A stretch of DNA of 57,418 nucleotides, the filler included, from Jimgerdemannia flammicorona (lineage: Eukaryota), in assembly GCA_003990765.1 (NCBI GenBank). It is 3 parts of 3 records of this genome, joined end to end, with 100 filler letters (N's around TTAATTAATTAA, not from the genome) between each part and the next. Parts side by side here need not be neighbours in the genome. Positions count along the whole stretch, not along the records: positions 19,174 to 38,246 come from RBNJ01002036.1; 2 more parts are not named here. One strand, 5' to 3'. Below the pieces are notes generated by a model. It was not told the DNA's origin, did no database searches, and saw only the letters and a list, made by a program, of their open reading frames with translations. Below are positions 23,014-37,400 of this stretch, in pieces. The first letter of the stretch is position 1. Every line of letters begins with the position of its first letter. The translations under genes were made by a program, and so were the position numbers.

Positions 23014-24572
23014 TTTTTTTTCTATTTTTATTCACATTTATTACCACTCTATTGAATACCATTATATTCCCCCACCCCCACTACCCTATCCCTCTAGGGA
23101 GCCCCCTCCCCTATACCTTTACACTTAAATACAACCTTATCACCCACTACTCCAACTCTCTCCATACTCTGCCTACAAATTCTCTCTACTAATTAGTATC
23201 ACTAACTATCCTGCAGACCTCATCCCAGTCACCAGTCTGTCAAAACATTCTCTATCAACTCTTTCTACCTTGATAGCTACTCCTCCAAATCCAAATATTT
23301 CTCTTCCTCAAAAACAAACAACCAGTGACCTGCCAGTCCCACTCATACTACCAATACTCAACCCAAAGTGAGTCACTTCTTTCCAACTCCTACCTATCAA
23401 TCTATTCTTAAGATCCTTTCATCAACTCCTCTCATTATTCTCTTTATATATAATATCCAATCTATATCCAACTGCTAACCAAAAATCACTAAGTACCTCA
23501 TACTCTCCTAGCCAATGTTCTAGTATATATATAAATCCTCCTTCTTGCTCTATATTATAACATTCCTCATAATCAAAACTCCTCCCCTCTATAAGATGGC
23601 CTAAGCAAAAGTTGAGCATAACATTTCTCTATAGTATATACCACCAGACCACTCAGTACTTAGGTGATAACTATCTTCTCATCTTTATACTCTAGGTCCA
23701 GACTCTATTTCAGTTCTACTCCTCTCTAATATCTGCTATCTACCAACCATCAGGCCAAGTATCCTGGTCCAACCCCTCTCTGGTACTCAATCCTATCACC
23801 AATGTCAAAATCTAGAAGAAGAGTACTCCATAACAATATTTTATCCCATTGCTACATTGTGGGCTCCAAGGTATCTCTCTTTTATCTCTCTACTAGTGAA
23901 TTTCAATATAGTGAGCCCTATTCACTACTCTCTATCAGAGGCCCTTATACTGCATATACCCACTATTTTGAAGCCCAACCAAGGATAGTAGATCTCTGGT
24001 AGAGCCTCTTAGTGAGCACCTTATCTCCCAGACCTTCTTCATTAGTAGGACCTAGCTACTACTCCTCAGTTCTACTGCTCTTTTCTGCCACCAAGCTCTC
24101 AAACAATTCAGCCTCTTTGGGAAGGCAATCAGCTCAATTCCTCCTCTAGCCACTGGCAATGATAAGATTTCTCAGCTAATCTGACTCCTTCTAGCCCAGA
24201 TTCAATCTCTAGTAAACTTTAATAGTCTCTTCACTATCCAGACCAGAAAGTCCAGATGATATGCCAGATACCACAGCTTCAGCAGCCAGTAGACATTCAA
24301 AATTGTAATATGATCTGTCAAAGAAATGTGGCAGCCTCCCCAACTCCACAGGACCTCCCCCCAGAAAGCCACCCTCTGCTCTCACCAAGATCTTGGTAGA
24401 ACTGACCCATACACCAAAAGATAGACTCCCAAGTACCTCACAGCCTCTCCAACAGGGACAATTGTTCCAATGACATCCCCTCCCACCAGGCCATTGCCTA
24501 ACACCATTGTTTCACACTGGTGCCAGTTAAGTTTCACCCCAGAATGTGCCTCATACCACTCCACTGTTTCCC
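23014..24572 (-). mobile_element. 5'-truncated L1/Tx1-clade LINE (ORF2 C-terminal part and 3' UTR)
   Basis: YEAHSGVKLNWHQCE...VRYLGVYL (RT thumb region); A tail; 15-bp TSD TAAAAAAATTAACTT at 22999-23013 and 24573-24587. Confidence 0.85.
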
Positions 24573-25921
24573 TAAAAAAATTAACTTCTGCATTATTGTA
24601 TACCAGCCATCAGACTTTATTCTGTGATACAAAATGAACTCACCGGCACTCTCTCTGGCACATTTTGTTCATCCCATCGTTTTCGCCAACTCCGAACATT
24701 ACGCAGTCAAGGCCCTCATGCCCAATGTTGCTATGCCATCGCCATAAGCGTTTATTATTGACGTCGCCAAAGGTTTCGATCCACCAATATCGACCACTCT
24801 ATGAAAGACCATCACCTCAGGAAATTATTCACTAGCTAAAAAATTGACCCTGTACCAGCAGAAAGAATATCTGCTCCCACCACACTCGCCTGTGCCATCT
24901 TTTCGATTTTTCCGATGATTGCATTTCGTGTGTGCACACAATAAATTAGGGGTTTTTTTTATTGAAATCAAGGCCCTAAAATGAATACAGCACACAACAA
25001 ATCATATATACGTAATTAATTGCTTTTATAATTTCGCCCTTTTCATTGGAGACATATTGCATTTTTGTGAGATATTGATTTCTGTGAGTGGGCTGCATCC
25101 CGCCACATATGGGCCATCTTACTTCGACCATTTTAATCATATAGAACTGATTGTGACTCGTACTTAGAGCCTCTTTGGATTGTATGGCATTTTGGTACGT
25201 CATCGCCAGCCACCCAGTGACGTGACCACCCAGATTTGGAACATTTCAGCGACCTACAAAACTTTCTTGTCAATTTACATCCTTTTCCATATAATAATCT
25301 GTGGTACAATGTAGTTAGAAGCTCATTAATAAAAGTTGAGAATGTGCTCGCACAAACCGCATTTGCATTGCTGTCCTCACCATGGAGATCTGAAAATTTT
25401 CAGTTTTCGCGTGGCCGATCGACACTGGTGTTACTGGTTTTGGATTTGGTGTCGTCACCAGCCCAGTGACATGTTACCGAATTCCCACTTTATTATCATT
25501 GACAAACATACCTATGTATACAGCTTTATCTAATACTATCAACTATGTAAAGGGCACTACCTAAGCCTTATTAAAGGGCCTTGAGGATGCGCAGAACATG
25601 TAGAGTTGTGATCAATTTCTACTGGGCACAGGGTTGGGGATGGGAGGCAATGTGGGCGTCGAGGGTCAATTTGAGGGTCATCATATTGATCGTGAGGGTA
25701 GATTTTAGGGCGTCTATGTCAGCTTAGACTTCTTGTCATCACCCTTCCTAGCATCATAAAATTCGTTCTTTTCCTTTCCATAGTATCAGAGATGTCCGTT
25801 ATTGCCAAGTCGTCAGCTTTAACGATTTTGCACTTTATTATAAAGAGCTCTGGGTCATGCCCCTGGGTCACAACTAAGCTATATTAATGCGCAGTGATTT
25901 TGTATCATGAGGTCGAAGACG

Positions 25922-25952
<31 letters not shown>

Positions 25953-26257
25953 TAGACAATGTGCATGGCGCTATCATATCGATGTACCCGAAAACCCCCA
26001 GTCGAGCTTCGTAGAGAGGGTGCAGACTAGGTTCGAGGTGTATAACGCACTTGGCGTGAGTTACAGTTTATTAATTATTTCGTCCATGCATTCGACATTG
26101 GATTGCGAACTCATCTTGCTTCACCCTAGCTTATGCAGACACTCTCGCCACGACATATTTACATAGAATAGGAATCAGATACAACTATAAGTCGTTCTAC
26201 CATAAAGGCAATCAATCTCACATATGCCTCCGACCACAACCAGCAATGCTACATTTG

Positions 26258-26838
26258 CTAATGTTCTTTCATCACGACCACCCGATCTGCTAATGTTCTC
26301 TCACCATGACCACCTGATAAGACAACCGACCTGACAATGGACTCAGAGATTTCATCAAGAAAAAACGCTTCTTGATTCACATCGATTATGAGGCCAGAGT
26401 TAGATTTCTCAATCTTCCAGTTTTTGGACCGTTTCGACATCGTTCCCGTCATGTACACAATGCACTTTTTGACATATCCATCGCTCACATGAGACCCGAG
26501 CATATTAGCCAAAAGCAGACAAATGTCGACGAATCGAGGCTGGCGAGGGTGATACTTGAGATTTGGTTGCACTCTGTCATTTTGAGACATTTGAGGGTGC
26601 TGCAGAGGCGACCAAAGTAGTCGAGTACGTTCACATCGGAAAAATGCGTGCAGTGGTTGAAGTCAATAACCTCAAGCTGATTCATGTCACTGACTGGACA
26701 CAAAAGACTGTCTGATGAGAGATCGGAGATCCGTGGGATATTGACTACGGGAGGGCGAAGGCTTGGAAGACTCTTCATAATGTCATAGTGCTGATACCCT
26801 TCGATTCCTGAAATATGGGCAAGATTTAAGCATGTCAA
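26258..26838 (-). pseudogene. RNI-like LRR (F-box/LRR-type) gene fragment
   Basis: LEVIDFNHCTHFSD and LKCLKMTECNQIS resemble cysteine-containing LRRs; split across frames. Confidence 0.35.
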
Positions 26839-26867
26839 CCTTTGCAGCCTTCGGTGCTATTGTTCAG

Positions 26868-27090
26868 TAGATGTGGTGGATGGATGGTGGATGGAATGGT
26901 GGATGGATGGTGGATGGAATGGACGGTGGATGGAATGGTAGATGGATGGTGGAATGATAGATGGATGGTGGATGGAATGGTAGATGGATGGTGGATGGAA
27001 TGGTAGATGGATGGTGGATGGAATAGGATGGATGGTGGATGGAATAGTAGATGGATGGTGGATGTGGATGGAATGGATATGGAATGGTGG
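26868..27090 (+). repeat. Compound (GGAT/GGT/GGAAT)n simple repeat
   Basis: Directly visible gatggatggtggatggaatg array. Confidence 0.9.
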
Positions 27091-29984
27091 GTCTCGATGG
27101 TCGATATATCAACAATAGTGCAGTCACATGTGCCACCTCCTGACGTCACGCGGTTTTATCTCAATAAACTAATAAACTGGCTCGTGTTGTCAGTCGTCAC
27201 AGATGGATTGGGTGGTAAGTCTTAAAAATCGACATATTCTTCACAGACCACACCACATACTCCTTCCCTTGTGTGGTACTTGTTTCAATGTAGGGACGCG
27301 TCGATTTCAGGGTACGTACCTACATTTAATTTGAGGGTGAAGGATCCTCGTTGTTGGTGCCACTGTCTTTATATAGTATTTATTAAAAAAAAAAAAAAAG
27401 ACTAGAAAACAAGAGTACAGCACTATTTCCGTTATGAACTGGCAAATAAAATAAAATAAAATAAAATAAAATAAAAATAAAAAACTCGAAATAATGTTTT
27501 TTTGACATCTTTTTCCTTACAACTCACCTCGCTCATCCCAAACAACTGGCATCCCAATTCATTCCTTCTCTCTCCTCCATCATTTTGACATATCCAACTT
27601 AGCATAGCTCCCACTCAATACTACCTCCACGGCCCCCTGATTCTCAACCCTGACCACGGCCTCAACCATTTGATTCCCCCATCTCTCCTAATCCATACCA
27701 CCTGCCTCAAAAATCTCCCTCAGTCTCACGCCACTCGACCTGGCCAGCAGTGCCATCAACGTTGGTCTCAGCCTCTCCACCTTTGGCACCAGTGCCACCA
27801 GCAGTCTCTGCAGCTCAACCGGATCATTGAGTAGACACTGCACGCTATCAGACTCGGCCGATGCTCCCAGTACGGTAAGCACGTTGCTGACTTTAACGTC
27901 GTCGCAATGGACATGATACCTGAGGGAGGTGTCGAGGCTGCGCTGGCGGGAAGCTGTTGGGCAGCGGGTAAGGAAAGTGTCAAGATGATGTGTGCATGAA
28001 TCGGTGTCACGGAAAGCTACTGAAGGACTATAAATGGCTTGAAATTGAAGAGCATGAGGATGTTGACGATCTCTGGGCTTGGACAGGCGGAGTGGGCGAG
28101 GGAGATGCACCAGGGATGGGCAAAGAGGCGGGCGCGGGTGTGATGTAGTCATGGAGGCGGAGGTAATAGAGAAACTCCGGGTTACGCTCCTGAAAGGCGA
28201 GGGTGAGGAGGAGCTTGTGCGCAATGAGGTTTCTGGAGATGTCTATGATGAGGCAAATGAGAAGGTTTGGAATGCGGATGCAGGAGAGGAGGGACATGTA
28301 TTATTATTGCCGAGCATCTCGAGGGTTAGACGAGCAAGGTCATCCTATTCGCTGGCGGACACGAGGCACATGTTGGTTCATGTGGCATCGAAGCCATGAT
28401 AGAGGCGCTTGAGGAGGTGGATGGCCTGTTGACCTGGCCGATGATGTCGTGTGGATAGGGGGCATGGAGTAGAGAGAGGTGTACCAACCCCGAATGGAGG
28501 CAGCCCAGGGGTTTGGGCGCTAAGAAAGCAGTGAAGAGGATGCAATGATCTCTGGAAGCAGCCCAGACGAGGGGAAGGTCCTTGATGAGGTCTGCTCCTT
28601 TGGAGAAGAGTAGCATGGCAACATTGCCATTCAGCATTTTCTCATAGCCGGTATTAAGACCAGAATTGAGGCTATTGATAACAGTAGAGCTGAGAGCAGA
28701 TGCGTTCGCAGCGGAGGATGTTGCGGATGTCATCGTTCACAAGGATGCGAACGAGAATTTGAAGGGGATGCGACACCAAGGTGGTGGCTTAGATAAATGA
28801 CACGAATCACGTGAAATGGGCAAAGCTCACTCACCCCAAAATACAATCCCACTAAGAAGCATTCCCCGAAGACGACACCGAACTCACTGTCCAATGTGAG
28901 TTGTAGTGGGTGATGATACATCGGGGATTTATCATATCCCGCAATGTTCAGAGATAGGGTGTCTGACATTCGAATTCACTTGCCTTGGTATTATGTTTGA
29001 AATATAGCATGCACGAGAACATACAAATGTACATAGGCAGAACCCATATCCTATTAGGCAAACTGGGTATCGAAGTATAGACGTCGCTTTTTCAGTCACT
29101 CTCGCTACGCCAGAATTGCATTGTCCCTCATACCGAGGTAATAGAGGACAATAATCTTCGATTGGATCGGGATATCATTCCCTCTGTGATGATTTATGAC
29201 GATGAAGCGGAGCCTTCACCAGCCATGAATATGCTAGACATGATCGCTCATTCTGATGACGGTTCTGATGGAGATACAAAAGTTTCAACACCAGCACATC
29301 TGACCACTCATTCGTTACGACATCTTCCCCATTCCATCGCTCCATCCACCATCACTACCATACCCGTTTTTTTCCACCCTCCTCATATCGAACAATATGC
29401 TGCAGTCCGAATCCGAACCTCTTAATCACAACACCCTCCGCCCAGACCACCACATTCCCCCACTCTAAATCCTCGCTGACCAATCCCTCTTTCATCTGCT
29501 CCGCGCCCACTGCCGTCTCGTCAATGCATCTGTCCTTTCCTTCCTCAACCTCTGCAGCCATCTCACCATCCTTCCGCGCTACATACTCCTTGGAGATGGC
29601 GTCTTCATCAGCAGCCTGACCGAGTCCCTCTTCACAGACAAGATTGAGATAGACACAGTGGGAAAACGTGCCGGTATCATGCTGCATATCAGACTTCACT
29701 CAAGGAAGACGTGGCCTCCCAGGGGCGCCGAGCGCTCAAGGCCGTGCTGCTGGAGAGTATTGCCGCGAATAAGGGGGTGTGGAGGGAGAGAAAGGAGGTC
29801 GTGAGGAGGTGGAGCGATTGGATGATATGATGGCATTTGTGGTGCTAGGCGAGGAGGATGGTGAGGGGAATGAGCCGTGGAGGGATCCTTATGGTAGGTT
29901 GAGAATTGAGGTTCAATTATGTTTTATATTTCCTTTATCGCTAATTCTGTATTGTCAACCTTTTTTTTTTTTTGTTTTGCCGAT

Positions 29985-31110
29985 GATAGCTGTCAAGGCC
30001 CTCGATTTTCTGTGCTTGTCCTACCGTCCTCTTCACCCTGTCAACATCTGTCTTGCTCCAGACAGCCTGTTTAGTAAGAGTTGCAAATCGTCTTGAACTA
30101 AACTGTCCCGACAACGAAGCCGTTCCTTCTTCCTTCCTCACCACTATCTAACGATCCTCCTTCTCCTCCTCCCATGCTATACAGAACCCTGTGAGCACTC
30201 TCTGCGACATCTCTGAGCATCGCCCCAGGCTGCTCGCATGGCACGACCAGCATCCTTACCTAGTGGCCTCGTCCGTCTCGTTCCAACTGAATGTCGACAC
30301 CACCGAGGGAAGCATCGGCACTCTTGATGTCACGGGGTATGCGCGCGGCCTGCTGTTCAACGCAAATAAGCTGGTGCATTTGCAAAATTCCAGAGATTTC
30401 CAGGTCAAGTAGGTGCGATATGGACGGGGAGGAAAGGTGTGGAGAAAAAACCATAGTGGGTGTATGTTGAATATGGTGTGGCTTCTCTCGCTCCATATGC
30501 TAGACTCATCCAACCTATTGAATCTGGCCCAAAAACCTCAGCCCCCCTCACACGGCAATGGCAGCGTCGGAGATGCAGGAGGACGTGCGTGTTGGACGCA
30601 CCAGACCCAGCACAGCAAGATGACTTGTTGCGGAGAACGAGACAGAACAAACAGATCTGGGCCCACCGAATAGTAAGTAGAAGCGGATAGCATGTGTGTT
30701 CATGGGGTTGGTGAGGGGTTTAGAGGATGAGATGGCGCAGCGATTTTATGGAGGTGGTGACGGTTGCCTTGCAAAGAGCTGCATCTTATACAATCACGCG
30801 ACCCTCATTCAACTCACTGGTATAAATCTGGTCCTCCTTGCCAACCACATTTCAGAACCCGCATACTCCACTGCAACTCAGATTCCTCCATTCTACAGCA
30901 CCGCCATAAAACTCTCGACCAAGATGACAAAGCAAGTGCCGAGGGGGATGTCGTTGTACCAGGCGTGGATTGTAGACGATGCATCAGGACGAAGATACAG
31001 ACGAGGACGAGAAGATGGAGCCAGATGTGGAGATGGAGGAAGGGCAGGAGAATTGAGGAGTAAGGTCGAAGAGACGATCAAGCAGCTGGGCGACGAAGAA
31101 GAGAAGTAGT
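29985..31110 (+). pseudogene. TSR1: Partial, frameshifted TSR1 (pre-40S assembly factor) copy
   Basis: WHDQHPYLVASSVSF...GTLDVTGYARGLLFNANKLVHLQNSRDFQV (AARP2CN), PDPAQQDDL and KQVPRGMSLYQAWIVDD motifs; stops and frameshifts; no C-terminal domain. Confidence 0.7.
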
Positions 31111-32298
31111 AAGTATTTGGGGTGAGAACGTGACTGACCTGATGATATTTCGAACATTCTCACACACTCCACAACGACAACAGACACACCACTCAACGCG
31201 CTAACATGGCCTACAGAGCTTCTGCACTGGGACTCCACTATCACCTGCTTATCGGTTATGCACGCATATTCCAGTTCGAGAACTATAAGCATATGAGGAT
31301 GATAGTTGTTGCGTGGTCGTCAGATAAATTTCTGCGTTGACCCAATGGAATGCTTTAAGAGTTGCTTCAATTAGCCTGTGGAGAGCGCGTGTTTTTGGTC
31401 ATGCCATTTGTCCACGGCTTTAGGGACACATTTTGATCTGAGAGTGAGGGCGAGGGTTTGGTGTCTGATACAGAGATGGGTTCGTAGTGCAATATCGCAG
31501 GACTGGCTGGACCTTATGAAAGCCGGAACAGGAGGTGGAACCGCTGTACGAACAGGCAGGTGTTGCGATCAGAGTACCTGGAAACAGTTTAATCTGACGT
31601 GAGGAAAGGCCCGATTTGAATAAAATCATCCCACCTTAATGAAGGATATTTACGCACGATGCCGAGGGCAAGTGGTTAAGATGTAAGTTGTGCAGCTGAT
31701 GATGAATGATATGGGTATGACAGCAAATATATTCTAGAAACTAGAGCTGGAATGTTTGAAATATCCAAACGCCTTTTGTGGATCAAGTTCTCGATTTTCC
31801 ACTTCAAACAACAAAGGGCGAGGAATTCACATGCGAAGAATTCTTGCGCATTACGTGGATGTTCTAGCTCGAGGCGCCGAGGTTGAATAATATGGTAAAT
31901 TTTGAGTTGGTTCAATGCTATCCTCTGTATATATATGCATATGTATATTGACATCAAGCATCGCTTTTTATTTCATTATAATTATGGGGCGTGCTGTAAC
32001 AAAATGAACATGTGACTGGCTTAGATCGATTCTATATAACAAAGATCGTGTCGTGAGTCTCCCTTTTTGAAAAAAAAAAAAACCTGGTGAGTCTTGTCAT
32101 TGCTCTGCACATACACTTTTACCGCTACATTCTAACAATGGAAATTCCTACCCAACCTGTCAGAACTGATAAACCTTTTGGGCGAGTTTGACCCTACTTA
32201 TAAAGGCTGGACTAGAAACGACATACCGTGACATTGTTGATAAGGGCTTGACACGAGAAGATATCTTAGAAAAACTCTACACCGCTACTTCTTCGCCG

Positions 32299-34447
32299 AT
32301 GGAAGGGTCGTCCAAGGTGAGATAGTCGTGTCTAGTTCGTGGTATCGATCTTGCAAAGGATATACACGGGGACGAGGGCGAAGTACGTCTTCTCGATATA
32401 AACTATGCCGCAGTCGAGCTTCTAGTTACTAAATGCTATCTCTGCCACGCAGGCATCCACAAGCTCTTCCGAAGCCACGCAGCCTTTCACCACTGATGAC
32501 ATCAACAAATGGAGTACAAAGGATGTCATCCAACACCTTCAGGCCAAATTTCCTGATGACTTTGACGCGGAAGACTTTGAAGTTTTGCTAAAGAGAAAGA
32601 TTAGAGGCCGTGCGTTCCTGAAACTGACAGAAGGGAAACTCTCGGCAATTGGCATGGAATATGGACCGGCGTCTATCATCGCCGGATACATCGAAGAATT
32701 GAATTGTATGTATCATTGAGACTCATCGCCTCCATTCATCCACCCATCCATACGTCCATTCGTCTTTCCGTTGGTCCAACCACTTTTAAACCATTAATCT
32801 ATTTACATTGCACACGATCATATTGCCTGCGTCCGTCCGTCCGTCCATCCATCCATCGTCTATTCAACCATTCATCCATCCATCCGTCCCACCATCATCA
32901 TTTATTCATATACAGCTGGTAAGTCATAGTTTAATGGGATCGGAGACAATGGGAAGAAAGAAATGAAAAGAATACGTCATATTGCCTTTAGAGGGTTTTG
33001 TGTCTGGTGTCATTCACCATTAATCTATTTACATTGAACTTACTTCTGTCTGTTTTTGATTATACCTCAAGTGAACCGACCATCCCAAGAGCCATTCCAA
33101 AGTATGAGTTGTTGCTTTTTGGCATAATGATCATTTATTTCATCACTCATTCGTTTGTTTTATTTTATTTTATAAGCTTTCGATGTCGTTGTGAAGCCTA
33201 GAACGAAGGCGTCATTTCCATGGTACACGAACATCAACGAAACCACCATCAATGATTTCAAGGAAAAGATTACCAAGGAATATCCTGATATGGAGGAGGA
33301 TGTCGACGACGATGCCACAGTCACGATTCTCGTCAACGAGACGAGTACGAACATAGCGAATGATTCACATCTGCGATGGACACTTAACGTTTTTGCGGTG
33401 TCGGGAATCAAAAAATTTACTGTTTCTCTCAAGAAATGTACGTATGTGTACTCGATTCATTGTTACTTTATAAGAGCACTGTTTCTCATGGTCACTATGC
33501 TATACTTCACTTAGTATCAAAGGCTTTCACTGCTTTCAAATTCTCGGAAGTCTGTCGCTTGTTTGAAATCTCTGACGACACCGACCCTTCTATGGACGCC
33601 TTTCCGGAGTTTCACTGTGGTATGTATTTTTGTTGTTTCAGTTCTACCAAACGTTATGATTCGAATTCGATGCTTAGGACCATACTTTGCAGATTCAATG
33701 ACGATAGATGAAAATGAACATGACCTAAAGCATCTGATCGAAGATTTGAAGGTATGTAACCATGATAAATCCTGTATCTCTAAGATGAATCCTGTGTTTC
33801 TTATATGATTTTGACTGATCATTGGAGTGAGTAATAGGTGCTAAGGCGCACGACCGTGTTCGAGGCTACCCGCTCCCTATATGTCAATCGCTTCATTGTC
33901 GCGGCGGTTTGTAGTTTCGACAAAGATGTTGTTGTCAGGCCGCAAAAACAACTTCGTGGAAAACATGGCTACGGACCTGTAGATCTCGGCCTCGAGTCTC
34001 GTCATACAACATATACGTTGGGCGTTACTGAGATCAAAAATGAAGATATTAAGAAGGGGATTGCGCAGAATGCACTCCAGCTTGAAGCATGCTTGGTATG
34101 TGTAACGAGCGTATGTGAATTCTTCTTTGAACCATGCTAACTTACTAACTTACTATTGGGAATAGACTGTTTCGCGCAAACGCATACGTGATGAAGTGGT
34201 GGAAGACCCTGTTATACTTAGGCATGCATACGGGATCATCACTGATGCGGAGAAATGGTATTTTCTCCATTGCATTAACGATGACAAGATCACATTCCGG
34301 TTGTCAAAGCCCGTCTCTGTTGATTGGTTTTCGGATTACTCGAATGATGTAAAGACGGTGCTTGAGCATATTCTTTGGTTATTGAAAGAAATGGGGAAAG
34401 CAGAAACCGAAACGGGAGTGCATTGGGATACTGATATTAGTGGTTAA
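32299..34447 (+). CDS. Multi-exon SAM-domain + PD-(D/E)xK restriction-endonuclease-fold protein (Crinkler/CR-effector-like family)
   Basis: SAM exon 32453-32705 (WSTKDVIQHL..IRGRAFLKLTEGKL..GMEYGPA); nuclease motifs EATRSLYV, GYGPVDL, GVTEIKNEDIKKGIAQNALQL, YGIITDAEKWYFL; GT-AG introns restore frame. Start codon uncertain. Confidence 0.75.
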
Positions 34448-34689
34448 CTTGCGAAGATGCGGGGTTGCCTTAGCGATTTTTGCAGTGTTCTAGTGCATTC
34501 ATTTCTTAGTCAAATTTGTACATCGCCTTTTGATATTCATACGTTCCTTGATGTATTTGCGAAAAATAGCGGCTTGATAAATCTAGGCATTAATCTGTTT
34601 GAGATAAAAATTACTTTTACCAAGAGATTGCCGGAATCAAAAAAGAGTAAAAGATTGCACAGGTATACATACAATGGGTATTCCTATAG

Positions 34690-37400
34690 AAAATGGGGTG
34701 CGATTGCGGCTGCTCAGCTAAGGTTCCCAAGGAAGCATTTGCCGAGATGCGCGAGGCTTTTCAAGCTCTTTCCAAGTCAGAACAAGACATCTTTTTGATG
34801 GCGCAGCTCAAGTCTATGGACGGGGGATCAAGAATAGGGCTCGAGTCAATAAGAGAATTACCTACGAAATTTCAACAATTATATGTCAAAGCATAAATGT
34901 CACTTACCAAGAAGTTATTTCTGGACAAAGTCAGCAGGAATTAAATTCTAAGAAGTGAGAATTACCATAAACTTCCCAAGAACCAAAGAAAAAATCAAAA
35001 TATTAAAAGAGTAAAAGATTGTATATAGGGGTATATATTCCTTTATATTTTTAATGTACTATATAGAAAAAAAATTACAAAACCAGGCAAACTGAACATA
35101 AAAATATATATATGGTAAATGTTTTTTTTTTTTTTTTCCTATAGTATCTCAAAAACACATCAGGTAATATCTCTGGAAAATTCATCTTCATAAAATTAAC
35201 TCTCAATACTTGTCAATACTTATAGAATGACTTACAATTCAAAGCTCATAAAGAGGAAGAGATCTAAGATTTATTAAAGAAATATAAAGAATATCTTGCC
35301 AAAGCCAGGTTAGAATGAAACTATTATAATAAAAATACCAAGTTGGTAGAAGAATAAAGAAAACTTATCAATATTTACAGATAAATGCTAAGACTCAAAA
35401 TTATAGCATTGATGCAGTTGTCTATTATAGTTAGGACTGAACTCAGAATATCTATATACTTTATTCAGATCAACAGATCAGTAAGGTATATTATCTTAGT
35501 ACTTGTAAAGTATACTTATTTGATATCTAAGATAAAGTAGTATATAAGTAAATTAATTATATACTAGATGAGAATAAACTTCTTGAAAAGGATCTAAATA
35601 GTATACTTAGTCTAGTCTTTGATAGAATTAAGCAATTAAATAAAGATAAAAAGCATTTGAAAGTCACTTATAACAATGTGGATAGATAAAATAAAAATAA
35701 TACCACTCTTTAATTTTACTTGTATTTGATAATTACTTATTATTATAAAAGTATTAAATTGAACTTTATAGTTCTGGATCAGACTAAATTTAAGTATAAT
35801 AATAGATTTGACCTGATCAAAAGACTTTATCATCGATGTCCTTTTCTCTACTACATATCTTACCAGTTACAATAATTTGGTAGGCAATCTTCCGAGTCTA
35901 CTTTCCACAATTATTACCCCCTCTACCTTGGGTTGGTTTGCTGTACCTGTTGCAGGACAGTGGGAGAGAGGCAATGGTGATAAGTTGCCCCTTTATCAGT
36001 GTCAGATCAGTATCTTCTTTACTTTTTTGTAGTTTTTGATACCTTTAGCTATATCTGGAGTACATCTGTTTTAGTGCAGTGCCTTCTTCCTTTTATTGTC
36101 ACCAATAAGGTATTGTCTTGGTGTGTCTCAGGCTACATAGGGAGTTGGCTGACCTTGGGCATCAAGTGCTTAGTATAGGTTACCTGCAGGTTCTCGGTAC
36201 CTGTGGTGGGGCCCTCTGGCTTTGGCAAGCTTCCTGGTGAGCACAGTTCTGGCATAGGTGACTGCTTTTTGGATATTGTTGAGATGGGAGGGGAGATGGC
36301 CATTACAGATAGGAGGAAGGGTGATTACGGTGAACCAGTAGAGTGCCAGACTGGAGGCAGTTGTTGGGGCTGGGGCAGATACTGCTTTGGTGGAGCCTTT
36401 TGATTGGTGCAGTGTAGTTAGGTGGTAGGTGTCACTCTCAGCTTCTTTTGGCAAGTTGGTGGGTTAGGCTCCAGTTGTCAGAGGGGATCAGGGGGCCCAA
36501 GGCTACCTATTTCAGGCATCTTGGCTGCACTCAACTAGAACTAGGAGCTGATATGGCAATGTGATTGAGGCCCACAGACTTGAGTAGTGGAGTATTGAGG
36601 ATCTTTTCCCACCTTATGTATAAGTCCTTTACTCACTTTGACTGAGAGAACTAGGTCCTACCCATTATGTTGTACTTTGATAAGAGTTTTTCTTTATCTG
36701 TTATTCTCTTTAGGGTGGCAGAGGCTATTCTATTTGGCTCAGACATGGTCTTGTATATACATTGGGTTCTTGGGTGTGTGCTTTCGGTCATTGGCATATG
36801 GTTGGGTTTCCTCTGGTGGTAGGGAGAGCATGGTGCACAGAATGAGATATGGGCCACTATAGGCCCTACTGTGCCTGATATAGTCAAGCTGTTGGACAAT
36901 AGCTAGTCTAGGTTAATAAGAGGACAGTGCTTGATAGGTGGTGGGGGAGGGTTTTGGCCTATATAGTCTAGGTTTCCTTCCAATAAAAATCCATGGAACA
37001 TTGAGTCTGTTAAAAAAAAAAAAAAAAAAGACTTTATCATAAAACATCTATAGATTGTATAGATTATATTATAGATATAGTAAGAAGGGCTAGTATTATA
37101 ATAGTAGAGATAGTTGCCAATACTTTAATATTATAAGTAGTTTAAAAATCTACTTCAAGAAGCTTTCTGATATATAGAAGTTTCAATATTTTTATTTTAC
37201 TAGCTTTAGTCAAAATTTAAGAAGTCACAAATAGTCTATTTTAAGAATTCAAATAATTAAAAAATAGTAAATTAAAGGCTTCAAAAGTTATAGAAAAAAT
37301 CAAGATCTTGTTATTTTTGATGCTTGTACTTTTTATAGAATTGAAATACTAGAAATATATTTATTACAATATTTACCTATTTGTCAAAAATAAATTTAAA
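34690..37400 (+). mobile_element. Decayed Sola-like DDE DNA-transposase remnant, interrupted by the retroposon
   Basis: CDCGCSAK..FQALSKSEQDIFLMAQL; YKEYLAKARLE*NYY; degenerate DNC.GQNKN and GHTKF..D..FGLIKRLYH motifs, with frame resuming after 37040 (KTSIDCIDYI). Confidence 0.55.
35834..37029 (+). mobile_element. Full-length copy of the 1.2-kb poly(A) retroposon
   Basis: Colinear with 226-1424; poly(A) at 37012-37029; TSD AAGACTTTATCAT at 35821-35833 and 37028-37040. Confidence 0.88.

Noticed and set aside
26835..27225. His/Pro-rich ORFs
   Set aside because: Translations of a simple repeat.
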